Assembly: GCA_002841945.1 (NCBI GenBank)
Contig: PHBI01000002.1
Location: forward strand, 11,972-75,971
Direction: 5' to 3'
DNA: 64,000 bases
From: Deltaproteobacteria bacterium HGW-Deltaproteobacteria-14
GTDB lineage: Bacteria; Myxococcota_A; UBA9042; PHBI01
Within the stretch, counting starts at the first letter, position 1. Every line of letters starts with the position of its first letter. Positions 44,710-54,801 of the stretch are shown here, piece by piece. The notes below the pieces were generated by a model. The model was not told the DNA's origin and did not search any database. It saw only the letters and a list, made by a program, of their open reading frames with translations. A program made the position numbers and the translations under genes.

Positions 44710-45069
44710 GCCCCAGTGAGGTGGTGGGAACGCGGTCCCCCGAGCCCGACGACGAGCGCCGCACCCTCCAGGTCACCGTCGACCGCTCCAACCTGGTCGG
44801 CCTCTGCGTGACCTGCCACCTCGAGTTGCTCCACCAGCGGCGGCTTCGAGGCGGCGGGACAGCTCAGGCGAGCGGGTGGACGCTGGGGCGCGGCGGGCTC
44901 CTCACGGTCCACGGCCGGACCCGCGCGTGAAGACCAGCTACGCCCGCCACCACCGCGGCCGACGCCGTCGCCATCGTGCGGACCCTCCTCGCCGCACACC
45001 CGTGAACCGGAACACGGATGGACAAGGGGCGGGGCGTCGGCCATCCTCGCGGCGACCGACCGAGGACCG

Positions 45070-45783
45070 ATGACAACCCCCTCCCGCGCAGGCGCCAGCA
45101 CCCTCACCGCACCATCCCCCGAGCCGCCGCGCTCGCGTGGTCGCGCTCAGGCGGAAGGCGTGATCCCCGACCAGGTGCTGGTCGCGCGGCTGCGGGCGGG
45201 CGACGAGGCGGCCTTCACCTGGCTGCTCGACCGCTACCACGGGCCGCTGATGCGCTTGGCGCGGACCTTCGTCGCGAGCGCCGCCGTGGCCGAGGAGGTC
45301 GTGCAGGAGACGTGGCTCGGGCTGCTCAAGGGCCTCGACGGGTTCGAGCAGCGCGCGACGCTCAAGACGTGGCTCTTCCGGGTCCTGGTCAACCGCGCCA
45401 AGACCCGCGGCGTGCGCGAGGCGCGCTCGGTGCCGTGGTCGGCGCTCGGACCCGAGGACGAGGGCGAGCCCGCCGTCGATCCCACCCGGTTCAACGCCCG
45501 CGGGCGCTGGACCAGCCCGCCCCAACCCTGGGAGGACGACACCCCGGAGGCCCTGCTGCTGCGCCGCGAGACCCGCGCGCAGCTCGAGGCCGCGATCGAG
45601 GCGTTGCCGCCGCGACAGCGGACGGTGCTGGTCCTCAGAGACATCGAAGGGGTCGCGCCCGACGAGGTGTGCGGCATGCTGGGGCTCAGCGACGCGAACC
45701 AACGCGTGCTGCTGCATCGCGCCCGCGCGGCGCTGCAGCGCGCCCTGGAGCGCCACCGGGCCGAGGAGGACGAGCGATGCTGA
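45070..45783 (+). CDS. ECF (sigma-70 family group 4) RNA polymerase sigma factor
   Basis: Region 2 (LLDRYHGPLMRLARTFVASAAVAEEVVQETWLGL) and region 4 (VLVLRDIEGVAPDEVCGMLGLSDANQRVLLHRAR) motifs. Confidence 0.8.
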   Translation: MTTPSRAGASTLTAPSPEPPRSRGRAQAEGVIPDQVLVARLRAGDEAAFTWLLDRYHGPLMRLARTFVASAAVAEEVVQETWLGLLKGLDGFEQRATLKTWLFRVLVNRAKTRGVREARSVPWSALGPEDEGEPAVDPTRFNARGRWTSPPQPWEDDTPEALLLRRETRAQLEAAIEALPPRQRTVLVLRDIEGVAPDEVCGMLGLSDANQRVLLHRARAALQRALERHRAEEDERC

Positions 45784-46022
45784 GCTGCCAGGAGCTGACG
45801 GAGCTCGTCACGGCATACCTCGAGGGGCGCCTGGGCCTGCTGGATCGGCTGCGCTTTCGAATGCACATCGGCATGTGCCAACACTGCCGCACGTACCTGC
45901 GCGAGCAAAAGCTGGTCATCGCCGCCGTGGGACACCTCCCCGCCGAACCCATCCCGGACGGGGTGCGCGACGAGCTGCTCGACCGCTTCCGGGACTGGAA
46001 GGGCGAGGACCCCAAGCCCTGA
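45777..46022 (+). CDS. anti-sigma factor, zinc-finger (zf-HC2) type, 81 aa
   Basis: Start overlaps the sigma-factor stop (ATGCTGA). The H-x3-C-x2-C motif (HIGMCQHCRTYL) is typical of ECF anti-sigma N-terminal domains. Confidence 0.6.
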   Translation: MLSCQELTELVTAYLEGRLGLLDRLRFRMHIGMCQHCRTYLREQKLVIAAVGHLPAEPIPDGVRDELLDRFRDWKGEDPKP

Positions 46023-46082
46023 GCGCACCACGAAGGGACGCTGGGCGTGAGGACGCGGGCGCAAAACCGCTGACGCCCGGTG

Positions 46083-48404
46083 CTACGGCAGGACGGGCTC
46101 GAGCGCGCCGCCGTGGTCCTCGAGCAGGAGCAGGTGAAACCCCCGCTTGGTCCCGAGCCGTATGAACCCCTCGTACTTGGTCAGCGAGCTCTGCAGCCCC
46201 AGCACCCACGAGCGGGCCTCCCCGGGCGAGGTGCGCGAGCGGTAGGTCGCGAGGGCCTCCTCCGTGAAGCTCGGCGCGACCAGCAGGGCCGCGCCGACGT
46301 CGCCCGTCTTGAGGCGCGCCGTCTTGGCGGCGATGACGTCCTCTACGAAGGCGTCGAGCGCCTCGGTCGTCCCGCGCGCGACGCGGCGGACGAGGTGCAG
46401 GACCTTGCCGTCCTCGTCGGCGGTGACCGCGTCGAAGAAGTCCCGCTCGGCCGCATGTGGGCGTTGCAGCTCGTGGTAGACCCACGCGCGGCGGGCCAGG
46501 GGTACCCAGCGGACCAGGTACTTCCAGCCGCCCTCGCGCCCGCGCTCCTCGAAGTAGGGGACGGCGTCGTCGAGGAGCCAGCGGAGGACGCGGCATGCCG
46601 GGTCGCCGCCGAGCAGGTGCTGCATCGTCTCCGACCCGCGCTGGCGCACGCCGACGGCCTGCATCACGACCGCCGGGAGGGGCCCCGTCCGGGTGCGCCC
46701 CGACCCCGACCCGGGCGACGTCTCGGCGCGCCGGATCTCCAGGGTGGCGTCGCGCAGCTCGCGACGATAGCTGATGAGCGGGAGCCGGACCTGGTGCTCC
46801 TCGACGCTCGCGGTGGCGTCGCGCTCCTCGACCCAGGTCGTCCAGGGCGCCCGGGGCAGCCCCGCGTCCATCAGCTCGAAGATGATCTCGCCGCGGTGGA
46901 AGATGATCCAGCCCTCGTCTTGGGCCACGCGCAGCCGCAAGACGCCGTCGAAGGCCTCCGCGGCGAGCTTGTCGGCGAGCCGCGGGAGGTGGGTCACGGT
47001 CGCGTCGAGCCCGCCGAGCCGCACCTCGGGAGGGAACAAGAGCGACGCGAGCGCGGGGATCAGCGCCGGAGAACGCTCGGCGGGCCGCAGATAGAGCGTC
47101 GGCGAGGTCATCGTCGCGAGCCCCTCGAGGGCCTCGTCGCCGAGCGCCCCGTCGCGCCCGAACGCGCCGTGGACGAGGCCGTCGCCGATCAGCAGGGTGG
47201 CCTCGCGCAGGACGAGCGCCCCCGAGAACGCGGCCGCGTGGAGGGGGCGATCGAGGAGCCGCTCGAGCAGCGCGTCGATCGGCTGCTCAGGCAGCGGGCG
47301 CGCCTCCCAGCCCGCGACGACTCCCGAGACCCGGCGCTGAGCGTCGCCGCCGAGGGCCTCGACCGGGGAGAGCGCGGCGAGGGTGTCGTCGCCGGGCCGC
47401 ACCGCAGCCGCACCCTGGGCCATGACCGTCCCCGCCGTGGCGGCCGCGTGGGGCGACGCCTCGGGCGCGACGGCGCGGAGCTCGCCAGCCATCTCCCGGG
47501 CCGAGGCGAAGCGAGCGGCGGGGTCCTTGGCGAGCCCGCGCGCGAGGAACCGCTCGAGCGCCGGAGACACCGCGGGGCGCAGCGAACGCGCCAGCGGTGG
47601 GGGCGTGTTGACCACCGCGTGGAGGAGCGTGAGGATCTCCTCGGAGTCGAAGGGCGGCTGCCCGGTCGCCATGACGAAGAGCACGACGGTCAGCGCGTAG
47701 AGGTCGGCGCGCCCGTCGACCGCCCGGCCCGCGAGCTGCTCGGGCGCCGCGAACGCCGGCGTGCCGACGACGAGGCCCGCTTGGGTCTGCACCACGCGGG
47801 AGCGCTGCACGCGGGCGATGCCGAAGTCGGTGATCTTGAGGCGCCCGTCGGCCAACACCATGATGTTGCCCGGCTTGACGTCGCGGTGCACCACGCCCGC
47901 CGCGTGGGCCGCCTCGAGCGCGTCGCACAGCACCAGGCCGCTGGCGATGATCCGCTGCTCCGGCTGCGGTCCCTCGCGCTCGAGGAGGTCCTCGAGCGTC
48001 TCGCCCTCGAGCCACTCCATCGCCATGAACGGGACGCCGCGCTCCACGCCCGCGCCGTAGATGGTCGTGACGGCGGGGTGCGAGATGGCCGCGGCGGCGC
48101 GCGCCTCTTGCACGAAGCGCCGGCTCAGCTCGTCAGCGCCCGACGCGTCGAAGCGACCGAGGAGCTCCGGGCGCACCGTCTTGATCGCGACCGCGCGGTC
48201 GAGCACCGGGTCGCGGCCGCGGTAGACGATGCCCATCGCGCCCTCCCCCACCTGCGCCTCGACGCGATACGGGAAGGTCGGCGTGGGCTCGGGCGGCGGG
48301 AAACCAAGGCTCGGTTCGGGGGGCATGGCGGGCCACTCCGTCAAGGGCGTCGGGGGCGGCGTGCGGTCGGGAGTGAGCGCACACGGGCGTCGCGGCGGGC
48401 GCAC
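46083..48404 (-). CDS. Ser/Thr protein kinase (Hanks-type) with long C-terminal region; true start possibly 48326
   Basis: GEGAMGIVY, AIK, HRDVKPGNIMV, DFGIA and APE motifs. Confidence 0.85.
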   Translation of the reverse strand: MRPPRRPCALTPDRTPPPTPLTEWPAMPPEPSLGFPPPEPTPTFPYRVEAQVGEGAMGIVYRGRDPVLDRAVAIKTVRPELLGRFDASGADELSRRFVQEARAAAAISHPAVTTIYGAGVERGVPFMAMEWLEGETLEDLLEREGPQPEQRIIASGLVLCDALEAAHAAGVVHRDVKPGNIMVLADGRLKITDFGIARVQRSRVVQTQAGLVVGTPAFAAPEQLAGRAVDGRADLYALTVVLFVMATGQPPFDSEEILTLLHAVVNTPPPLARSLRPAVSPALERFLARGLAKDPAARFASAREMAGELRAVAPEASPHAAATAGTVMAQGAAAVRPGDDTLAALSPVEALGGDAQRRVSGVVAGWEARPLPEQPIDALLERLLDRPLHAAAFSGALVLREATLLIGDGLVHGAFGRDGALGDEALEGLATMTSPTLYLRPAERSPALIPALASLLFPPEVRLGGLDATVTHLPRLADKLAAEAFDGVLRLRVAQDEGWIIFHRGEIIFELMDAGLPRAPWTTWVEERDATASVEEHQVRLPLISYRRELRDATLEIRRAETSPGSGSGRTRTGPLPAVVMQAVGVRQRGSETMQHLLGGDPACRVLRWLLDDAVPYFEERGREGGWKYLVRWVPLARRAWVYHELQRPHAAERDFFDAVTADEDGKVLHLVRRVARGTTEALDAFVEDVIAAKTARLKTGDVGAALLVAPSFTEEALATYRSRTSPGEARSWVLGLQSSLTKYEGFIRLGTKRGFHLLLLEDHGGALEPVLP

Positions 48405-48577
48405 AGAGCATGCGCAGCGCGCGCCCGGTTATAGACCGTCGGACACGAGTTCGTTACCGCCTCCGCGGGCCTCGAGGGCCGCGCGCTGCCGGATTCGGTC
48501 GGCGGCCGCCCCCCCGCACCTCGATGGACGTGCGTTCACGGGCCCGCGGGAGGGTGGGCGTCCCGATCGACCCCGGG

Positions 48578-49630
48578 TCAGTCCCCAGAGACGCGCACGG
48601 CGTGGCCGTCGGGATCGAGAAAGACCATCGCCCGCTGACCGAGCGAGCAGGTCTGGCAGCGCCCGACACGACGCGAGACCGGCGTGGCCCCCGAGGCCCT
48701 CAGCGTCGCGATGGTCGCGTCGAGATCGGGCACGTGCACCGTCGTCTCCCAGTAGCCGACCGCCGTCGGCGCCCGCGGCGGGGGTGCCGCACCCGGCCCG
48801 GGCTGCTCGTACTCGAGCAGCTCGACCCCGGGCCCCGACGGCCCGCCGAGGCCGGTGATGCGCACCCGCGCCCCGTCGACGCCGCTGAGCGCCGCTTGCT
48901 CCACGCCCTCGTTGAGGCTCTCGCCGCGCACCTGGAGCCCGATCTCCCCCTCGTAGAACGCGCGGCTCCGCCCCGTGTCCGCCACGGCGATGGCGGTGTG
49001 GTCGACGCCGAGCAGCAGCGGGCCGGCCGTGGCATGCCAGCGCGGGTCGCCCTTGTCGGCTGGATACCAGATCAGCTCGAGCGCCCGCTGGTCCCGATCC
49101 CGAAAGTAGAAGGCCCGTATGCCCGCGGCCGCCGGGTTCGTATCGGGGATGCGCTGCGGACCGCCGACGGAGACCGACGCCACTCCGGCTGGGGTCACCC
49201 GCGTGTGCATCGCGTCCATGTCGCGCACCACCAGCGCGATGTGCTGAAAGTCCAGGTCGTTACTGCGTGCGCCGGTCCTGGCCGGGGCACCGGCGGGCGC
49301 GACGACCTGCAGCAGCGAGAGCCGCTCGGCGCCGAGCCGCAAGGCGCGGACCCGGAGTCGGACGTCGGAGACGCCGAGCAAGGCGTCGACCTCCGCGCCG
49401 GCGACGTCCTCGGTGCCGAGGACCTCGGCGCCCAGCGTGTCGACAAAGAAGCGCGTCGAGGCGTCGAGGTCTGCGACCGTCGTCGCGATCTCGGTGACGA
49501 AGGCCGCGGGCCGGGCGGCCGGCGCCGGTGCCGCCGACGGGTGCTGGGCGGGCGTCGCACAGCCCGCCACGAGCCCCAGGACTAGCGCGAAGAGGGCCGC
49601 GCGGCCCGTCGTCGGGCGGGAGCTGTTCAT
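48578..49630 (-). CDS. VOC (glyoxalase/bleomycin-resistance/dioxygenase) family lipoprotein, two VOC domains
   Basis: Internal start MNSSRP... with signal peptide and lipobox LVAGC. Two glyoxalase-like halves. Confidence 0.6.
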   Translation of the reverse strand: MNSSRPTTGRAALFALVLGLVAGCATPAQHPSAAPAPAARPAAFVTEIATTVADLDASTRFFVDTLGAEVLGTEDVAGAEVDALLGVSDVRLRVRALRLGAERLSLLQVVAPAGAPARTGARSNDLDFQHIALVVRDMDAMHTRVTPAGVASVSVGGPQRIPDTNPAAAGIRAFYFRDRDQRALELIWYPADKGDPRWHATAGPLLLGVDHTAIAVADTGRSRAFYEGEIGLQVRGESLNEGVEQAALSGVDGARVRITGLGGPSGPGVELLEYEQPGPGAAPPPRAPTAVGYWETTVHVPDLDATIATLRASGATPVSRRVGRCQTCSLGQRAMVFLDPDGHAVRVSGD

Positions 49631-51627
49631 GAATCCTCCGGGGTGGGGGCGAGCGTCGTCCAAGCCCGCAGCGTCTCGGCCACAGACCAAGCCTGGGCGG
49701 GGCAACCGCGCGGGAGATGGGGCGGTGCGCCGTCGAAGATCTCGGCGATCGAGCCGACTCCGTGGGCGCCGAGGTGGTCGACGAGCGGCTCGAGCAGCGC
49801 ACGCGCCGCCGCGGCGTCGCCGTAGACCCGGTGATGGGCCAGCGCGTAGGGCCCGAGGAGCCACCCCCACACCGTGCCCTGGTGGTACGCGCCGTCGCGG
49901 GCGAGCGGATCCCCGCCGTAGCGGGGCCGATAGGCCGGGTCGTCCGGCGCCAGGCTACGCAGCCCGTGCGACGTCAGCAGCGCGCGGGCGCAGGCGTCGA
50001 CGACCGCGCGCTGGCGCTCGGGGGCGAAGGCGCTCGCGGCCAAGGACACAGCAAAGATCTGGTTCGGTCGCAGGCTGGCGTCGTCGCCGGCCGGCCCGTC
50101 GAGGACGTCGTAGAGGTGGCCAGCCGCCGCACACCAGAACCGCTCCATGCCGACCTCGACCCGCGCGGCGCGCGCGCGCCAGGGCGCCGCGTCCCGTCCC
50201 AGCTCCGCCGCAAGCTCCGCCAGCGCCACGAGCCCGTTGAACCACAGCGCGTTGATCTCGACGCACTTCCCGGTGCGCGGCGTGACCACCCAGTCGCCCA
50301 CCTTGGCGTCCATCCAGGTGAGCTGCACCCCGGCTTCCCCGGAGCGCAGCAGGCCGTCGTCGGGATCGACCCCGATGCCGAAGCGCGTGCCGGCCTCGTG
50401 CTCGGTGACGATCGCGTCGAGGACCGGCCACAGCTCGCCCGCCAGGGCCAGGTCGCCGGTCGCCGCGACGTAGGCGCGGACGGCCTCGATGAACCACAGC
50501 GTCGCGTCGACCGTGTTGTACTCGGGGGCCCCGCCGGCGTCCGGGAAGCGGTTGGGCAGCATCCCGCGGTCGACGAAGCGCGCGTAGGTGACCAGGACGT
50601 CCCGCATGAGCTCCGGTCGCCCGGCGCTGAGCGCGAGCCCCGGCAGCGCGATCATCGTGTCGCGACCCCAGTCGCCAAACCACGGGTAGCCCGCGATGAC
50701 CGTCGCGCCGCGGTGCCCGGCGACGTCGCGGCGGACGACGAACTGGTCGGCGGCGAGGGCGAGCCGAGCGCCCACGGCGTCCGCCTGCGCGCCCTGGGCC
50801 TGCCCATAGCGGGCGAGGACGTCGGCCTCGTGGCGCGCCGCCCGGGCCAAGGCCGTGGCCGCGTCGACGTCGCCCGCCGCGGCGGAGAGCAGCAGCGTGA
50901 CCTCGTCGCCCACGGCCAGCTCGCCGCTCGCCGTCACCACGTGCAGCGCGTCGTCGCGGCTGTCGAGGCCGCGGTCGCGCTCGCGCCCGAGCGAGAAGCC
51001 TTCGTACCAGGTGTGCGCGGGCGCCAGCGACAGCCCGTCGCCGCTGACCCGCAGCGGTCGCGCGCCGGGGAACGCGGTGACCACGACGTCCGCCCCGCTC
51101 GCGGCCACGTCCATCGACCAGCCGTCGCCGCGGGTCGTCGCGTGGAAGTCGCGGTAGGTCGCGAGCAGCTTCAGGGTGAGGCGAACCGGCGCGGCGGCGC
51201 GGACGAGGCGATAGCGGAGCACCGTGACGTCGCGACCGGGCTCCATCACCACGCGCTTCTCGAGGCACACCGCGCCGATCGCGAAGCGCCACACCGGGAC
51301 CTGCCCCTCGAGCCAGAACGCCTCGGTGTGCGCGAAGCCGCGCGGGCTGACGCTGTCGTCCCACCAGCGCGACGCGTGGAGCGGCGTGTCGACGTCCCCG
51401 ACGGTGAGGCCCTCGTGGACGTCGGTCGCCATGACCGTGCGCCCGAGCGGCGCGTCGAGGGCCGCGACCAGGAGCCCGTGGTAGCGGCGGGTGCGGATCC
51501 CCGCCACCGTGCCGGAGGCGAACCCGCCGGCGCCGTTGGTCACCAGCCACTCGAGGGACTCGGCGCGCCCGAGGTCCGCGCAGTCGTGGCGGCCGAGCCG
51601 GAGGGAGAGCGGGGGCGGCGCGGTCAT
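49627..51627 (-). CDS. glycogen-debranching-enzyme-like amylo-alpha-1,6-glucosidase family protein (~666 aa; internal start MTAPPPL)
   Basis: GYPWFGDWGRDTMIALPGL and (alpha/alpha)6-barrel-like C-terminal half, typical of GDE_N/GDE_C proteins. Confidence 0.65.
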   Translation of the reverse strand: MTAPPPLSLRLGRHDCADLGRAESLEWLVTNGAGGFASGTVAGIRTRRYHGLLVAALDAPLGRTVMATDVHEGLTVGDVDTPLHASRWWDDSVSPRGFAHTEAFWLEGQVPVWRFAIGAVCLEKRVVMEPGRDVTVLRYRLVRAAAPVRLTLKLLATYRDFHATTRGDGWSMDVAASGADVVVTAFPGARPLRVSGDGLSLAPAHTWYEGFSLGRERDRGLDSRDDALHVVTASGELAVGDEVTLLLSAAAGDVDAATALARAARHEADVLARYGQAQGAQADAVGARLALAADQFVVRRDVAGHRGATVIAGYPWFGDWGRDTMIALPGLALSAGRPELMRDVLVTYARFVDRGMLPNRFPDAGGAPEYNTVDATLWFIEAVRAYVAATGDLALAGELWPVLDAIVTEHEAGTRFGIGVDPDDGLLRSGEAGVQLTWMDAKVGDWVVTPRTGKCVEINALWFNGLVALAELAAELGRDAAPWRARAARVEVGMERFWCAAAGHLYDVLDGPAGDDASLRPNQIFAVSLAASAFAPERQRAVVDACARALLTSHGLRSLAPDDPAYRPRYGGDPLARDGAYHQGTVWGWLLGPYALAHHRVYGDAAAARALLEPLVDHLGAHGVGSIAEIFDGAPPHLPRGCPAQAWSVAETLRAWTTLAPTPEDS

Positions 51628-52439
51628 GACAGCCTCACGAGGTCGCTGTGGGCGAACACGCCCGGGACGGCCAGAGCGAGCGGCGGCCGGGCGTAGAGCT
51701 GAGGCGGGACGCCGATGTCCGCGAGGTAGAGCTCGCCGACGAGGCCCAGGTCGAGGCCGGCGCGGAGCCCTCGTTTCGGCAGCGCCAGGGTCATCGTGGC
51801 GGCGGCGCGGAGGACCGGGTCGGCCGCGGCGCCGGTGGTGCTGTCGAGGCCGGACGGGACGTCGAGCGCCAGCACCGGGGCGGGGCTGGCGTTGGCGGCG
51901 CGGATGAGGTCCGCCGCGCGGCCGCGTGGGGCGCCGCGCAGGCTGTAGCCGATGATCCCGTCGAGGATCAGGTCCGGCGCGTCGTCCTCGGGGGGCAGCG
52001 TCGCCGTGTCGCTGGCGTACACCCCCAGCCGCGTGAGGATCCCGAGCTGGTGACGCGGCACCTCGGCGAAGCGCGCGGGCGGGGCCGCGAGCAGGACGCT
52101 GACGCGCGCGCCCCAAGCGGCGAGCCGGCGGGCCGCGACGAGCGCGCCGCCGCCGTTGCCGCCCGGGCCGGCGAGGACCATGACCCGGCGACCGCTGGCG
52201 GAGCCGTCGAGGAAGCGCACGCGGGCGAGGTGGGCGAGGTGGCGGCCGGCGTGCTCCATCATCTGGAGCAGCGCGATGCCGAAGTCGTCGACCATGGCGC
52301 GGTCCACCTCGATCATCTGCGCGACCGTGAGCCACGGCAGGGCGGCGAGGACGTCGGCGGCGCCAGTTGGGATGGTGGGGATGGTGGGGATGGTGGGGAT
52401 GGTGGTCATCGTCGTCATCGCAGGCGCTCCAGGAGGTGA
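51624..52439 (-). CDS. NAD(P)H-hydrate epimerase (YjeF N-terminal domain) with 9-bp repeat-encoded IPT x4 at its N-terminus
   Basis: LTVAQMIEVDRAMVDDFGIALLQMMEHAG...VMVLAGPGGNGGGALVAAR. The start region contains (ACCATCCCC)x4. Confidence 0.65.
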   Translation of the reverse strand, partial: SPPGAPAMTTMTTIPTIPTIPTIPTGAADVLAALPWLTVAQMIEVDRAMVDDFGIALLQMMEHAGRHLAHLARVRFLDGSASGRRVMVLAGPGGNGGGALVAARRLAAWGARVSVLLAAPPARFAEVPRHQLGILTRLGVYASDTATLPPEDDAPDLILDGIIGYSLRGAPRGRAADLIRAANASPAPVLALDVPSGLDSTTGAAADPVLRAAATMTLALPKRGLRAGLDLGLVGELYLADIGVPPQLYARPPLALAVPGVFAHSDLVRLS

Positions 52440-53986
52440 TCGCCGACGCGCAGGGCGTTCGCCATGATGGTGAGCGCGGGGTTCACCGCGGAGCTGCTGG
52501 GGAAGAAGCTCGCGTCGACGACGTAGAGGTTGTCGAGGTCGTGGGCCTTGCAGTGGACGTCGAGCACCGAGGTCGCGGGGTCGTGGCCGAAGCGCAGGGT
52601 GCCGTTCTGGTGGGCGACGCCGGCGAGCGGGATGCGCTGGCCGAGGAAGAGGTTGCGGGCGAAGAAGCCCTGGTGGCAGGCGTCGCCGTGCAGCTCGCAC
52701 TTGCGGCGCGCCTTGAGCAGCGCCTTGAGCTTGGCGATGAGGTGCTTGTGCCCCTCCTCGTTGTTGGGCTGGTAGGAGAGCACGATCTCGCCGTCGGCGT
52801 TGAGGGTGACGCGGTTGTCGGGGTCGGGCAGGTCCTCGCTGGTCAGCCAGAAGTCGAGGGAGTGGCGGGCCATCAGGTCGAGCGTCCAGCCGGGGGCGAT
52901 GGCGGGGGCGCCGCCCTCGAGGGTCACGCCGTCGAGCTTGCCGACAAACGAGATGTGGCCCATCGGGTGAGGCCACTCGGGGGAGCCGAAGTAGAAGTCG
53001 TTGATGCCGAGCGTCTTCTGAAAGACGGTGGGGTTGGCGCACTTCGAGAGCGCCATCAGCACGGTGTTGAGGTGGCCCATGTAGTGGCGGCCGACGAGGT
53101 CGGAGCTGTTGGCGAGGCCGCTCGGGTGGCGGTCGTTCGCCGAGCGGAGCAGCAGCGCCGCCGAGTTGATGGCGCCGCAGGCGACCACGACGAGGTCGGC
53201 CGAGAGCGTCAGCGTCTCGTCCCCGCGGGAGGCGATCACGTGTGTGACGCGGCGGCCCGTGGCGTCGGTGACGAGGCGGTCGACGCGGGCGCCGGTCAGC
53301 AAGGTGACGTTGGCGTAGGCGAGCGCTGGGTCGACGCCGCAGGTCTGCGCGTCGGCCTTGGCGTCGAGCAGGCAGGGGAAGCCGTCGCAGGTGTCGCAGC
53401 GGATGCAGCGGCTCGTGCGGGGCGCGGCCTCGTCGAGCATCACGCCGAGCGGGACCGAGAACGGGCGCACCCCGAGCGCGGTGAGGTCGTCGTGGAGCTC
53501 AAGAATGCGCGGCTCGTGCGAGACCGGGGGGTGGGGATAGGGCGCGGAGCGGGGCGGGTCGGTGGGGTCGACGCCGTGCTGGCCGTGGACGTGGTGGAGC
53601 CGCTCGGCTTCGCTGTAGTAGGGCTCGAGGTCGGCGTAGGCGATGGGCCAGGCGGGGGAGACGCCGCCGGCGTGCTGCACTGCGTCGAAGTCCTCGGCGC
53701 GCATGCGGAAGAGCGCGGCGCCGTAGAACTTGGTGTTGCCGCCGACGTTGTAGTTCGTGTGCGGGTGCAGCGCCTTGCCGGCGCCGTCGCGCCACACCTC
53801 CTTGGTCGCGTAGGCGCCCTCGACGTTGACGGCGCGCGGGTCCCAGTTCGCCTTCTCGCGCGGGACGTAGTCGCCGCGCTCGAGGAGCAGGATGCGCTTG
53901 CCGCTGGGGGCGAGCTTGCGCGCGAGGGTGCCGCCGCCGGCGCCGGTCCCGATGATGATGACGTCGTAGGGGCTGTGCTCAGGCAT
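52415..53986 (-). CDS. GMC-family FAD-dependent oxidoreductase
   Basis: N-terminal YDVIIIGTGAGGGTLARKLA (FAD-binding GxGxxG) and GMC-type C-terminus. Confidence 0.8.
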   Translation of the reverse strand: MPEHSPYDVIIIGTGAGGGTLARKLAPSGKRILLLERGDYVPREKANWDPRAVNVEGAYATKEVWRDGAGKALHPHTNYNVGGNTKFYGAALFRMRAEDFDAVQHAGGVSPAWPIAYADLEPYYSEAERLHHVHGQHGVDPTDPPRSAPYPHPPVSHEPRILELHDDLTALGVRPFSVPLGVMLDEAAPRTSRCIRCDTCDGFPCLLDAKADAQTCGVDPALAYANVTLLTGARVDRLVTDATGRRVTHVIASRGDETLTLSADLVVVACGAINSAALLLRSANDRHPSGLANSSDLVGRHYMGHLNTVLMALSKCANPTVFQKTLGINDFYFGSPEWPHPMGHISFVGKLDGVTLEGGAPAIAPGWTLDLMARHSLDFWLTSEDLPDPDNRVTLNADGEIVLSYQPNNEEGHKHLIAKLKALLKARRKCELHGDACHQGFFARNLFLGQRIPLAGVAHQNGTLRFGHDPATSVLDVHCKAHDLDNLYVVDASFFPSSSAVNPALTIMANALRVGDHLLERLR

Positions 53987-54791
53987 GGGGGGCCTCGTGG
54001 TGGTCGTCGTCGCGCGGGTAGTCGCACGCGAAGATGCAGCGCTCGTGGTTGTCGTGATGGAGCTTGGCGCACAGCACCCGGTGGGTGCCGGGGGCGTGGC
54101 GGTAGACCTCGACGGCGGCGAGCATCCCCAGCGCGGGCGCCGCGAAGTAGATCCAGAGGTCGGTCCACACCCCGCCCACCAGCGCCGAGGCGAAGGAGCG
54201 CGCGGGGTTGAGGCTCATGCCGGACCACGGCGCCTCGAACGTGATGTAGATCACGAGCAGCGCGGCGACGACGAGCCCGGTGTAGCGGTTGATCCGCGGG
54301 CGGTTCGCCACCACCAACACCACCAGCATGAGGACGAACGCGATCGCGACCTCTGCGGCGAACGCGGCGGCGAGGCCGTGCGGCCCGGGGACGGTCGCGA
54401 CGGAGTTGACGTGCGGGTCGGCGAGCGCGCCCGCGAGCGCGAGGCGGGCGAGCCCGAGCCCGGCGAGCCCGCCGGCGAACTGGGCGACGATGTAGAACAG
54501 GGCGTCCCAGCGCGCGACCTTGGCGAGGCGCAGAAAGCTCAGGGTGAAGGCCGGGTTGAAGTGCGCACCGGAGCGCTTGCCCCAGCGCGAGTAGACCAGC
54601 AGCGCCGCCGTGCCGCCCATGGCGAGGCCCATGAGCAGCCGGCGCAGCCAGGGGTCGGGGAGCGCCGCGCGGGCGGGCGACGCGGGGTGCTCGAGCAGCG
54701 TGGCGAAGAGCGCCGCCGAGATCATGAAGATCCCGAGCCCGGCCGCCTCGATCAGATACTCCGGCCAGTGCTGTCGCAGTGCGGTTCGCAT
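53979..54791 (-). CDS. aquaporin / MIP-family channel
   Basis: Two NPA boxes (HFNPAFT and NPARSF), six predicted TM segments. Confidence 0.85.
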   Translation of the reverse strand: MRTALRQHWPEYLIEAAGLGIFMISAALFATLLEHPASPARAALPDPWLRRLLMGLAMGGTAALLVYSRWGKRSGAHFNPAFTLSFLRLAKVARWDALFYIVAQFAGGLAGLGLARLALAGALADPHVNSVATVPGPHGLAAAFAAEVAIAFVLMLVVLVVANRPRINRYTGLVVAALLVIYITFEAPWSGMSLNPARSFASALVGGVWTDLWIYFAAPALGMLAAVEVYRHAPGTHRVLCAKLHHDNHERCIFACDYPRDDDHHEAPHA

Positions 54792-54801
54792 CGCTGTTCG
54801 C

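Noticed and set aside
51628-52335. N-terminal 235-aa extension of the glycogen-debranching-like gene (ORF-track start 52335)
   Set aside because: Arg/Pro/Gly-rich low-complexity that overlaps the NnrE-like gene on the same strand in another frame. The internal Met (MTAPPPL) at 51627 precedes the conserved GDE N-domain.
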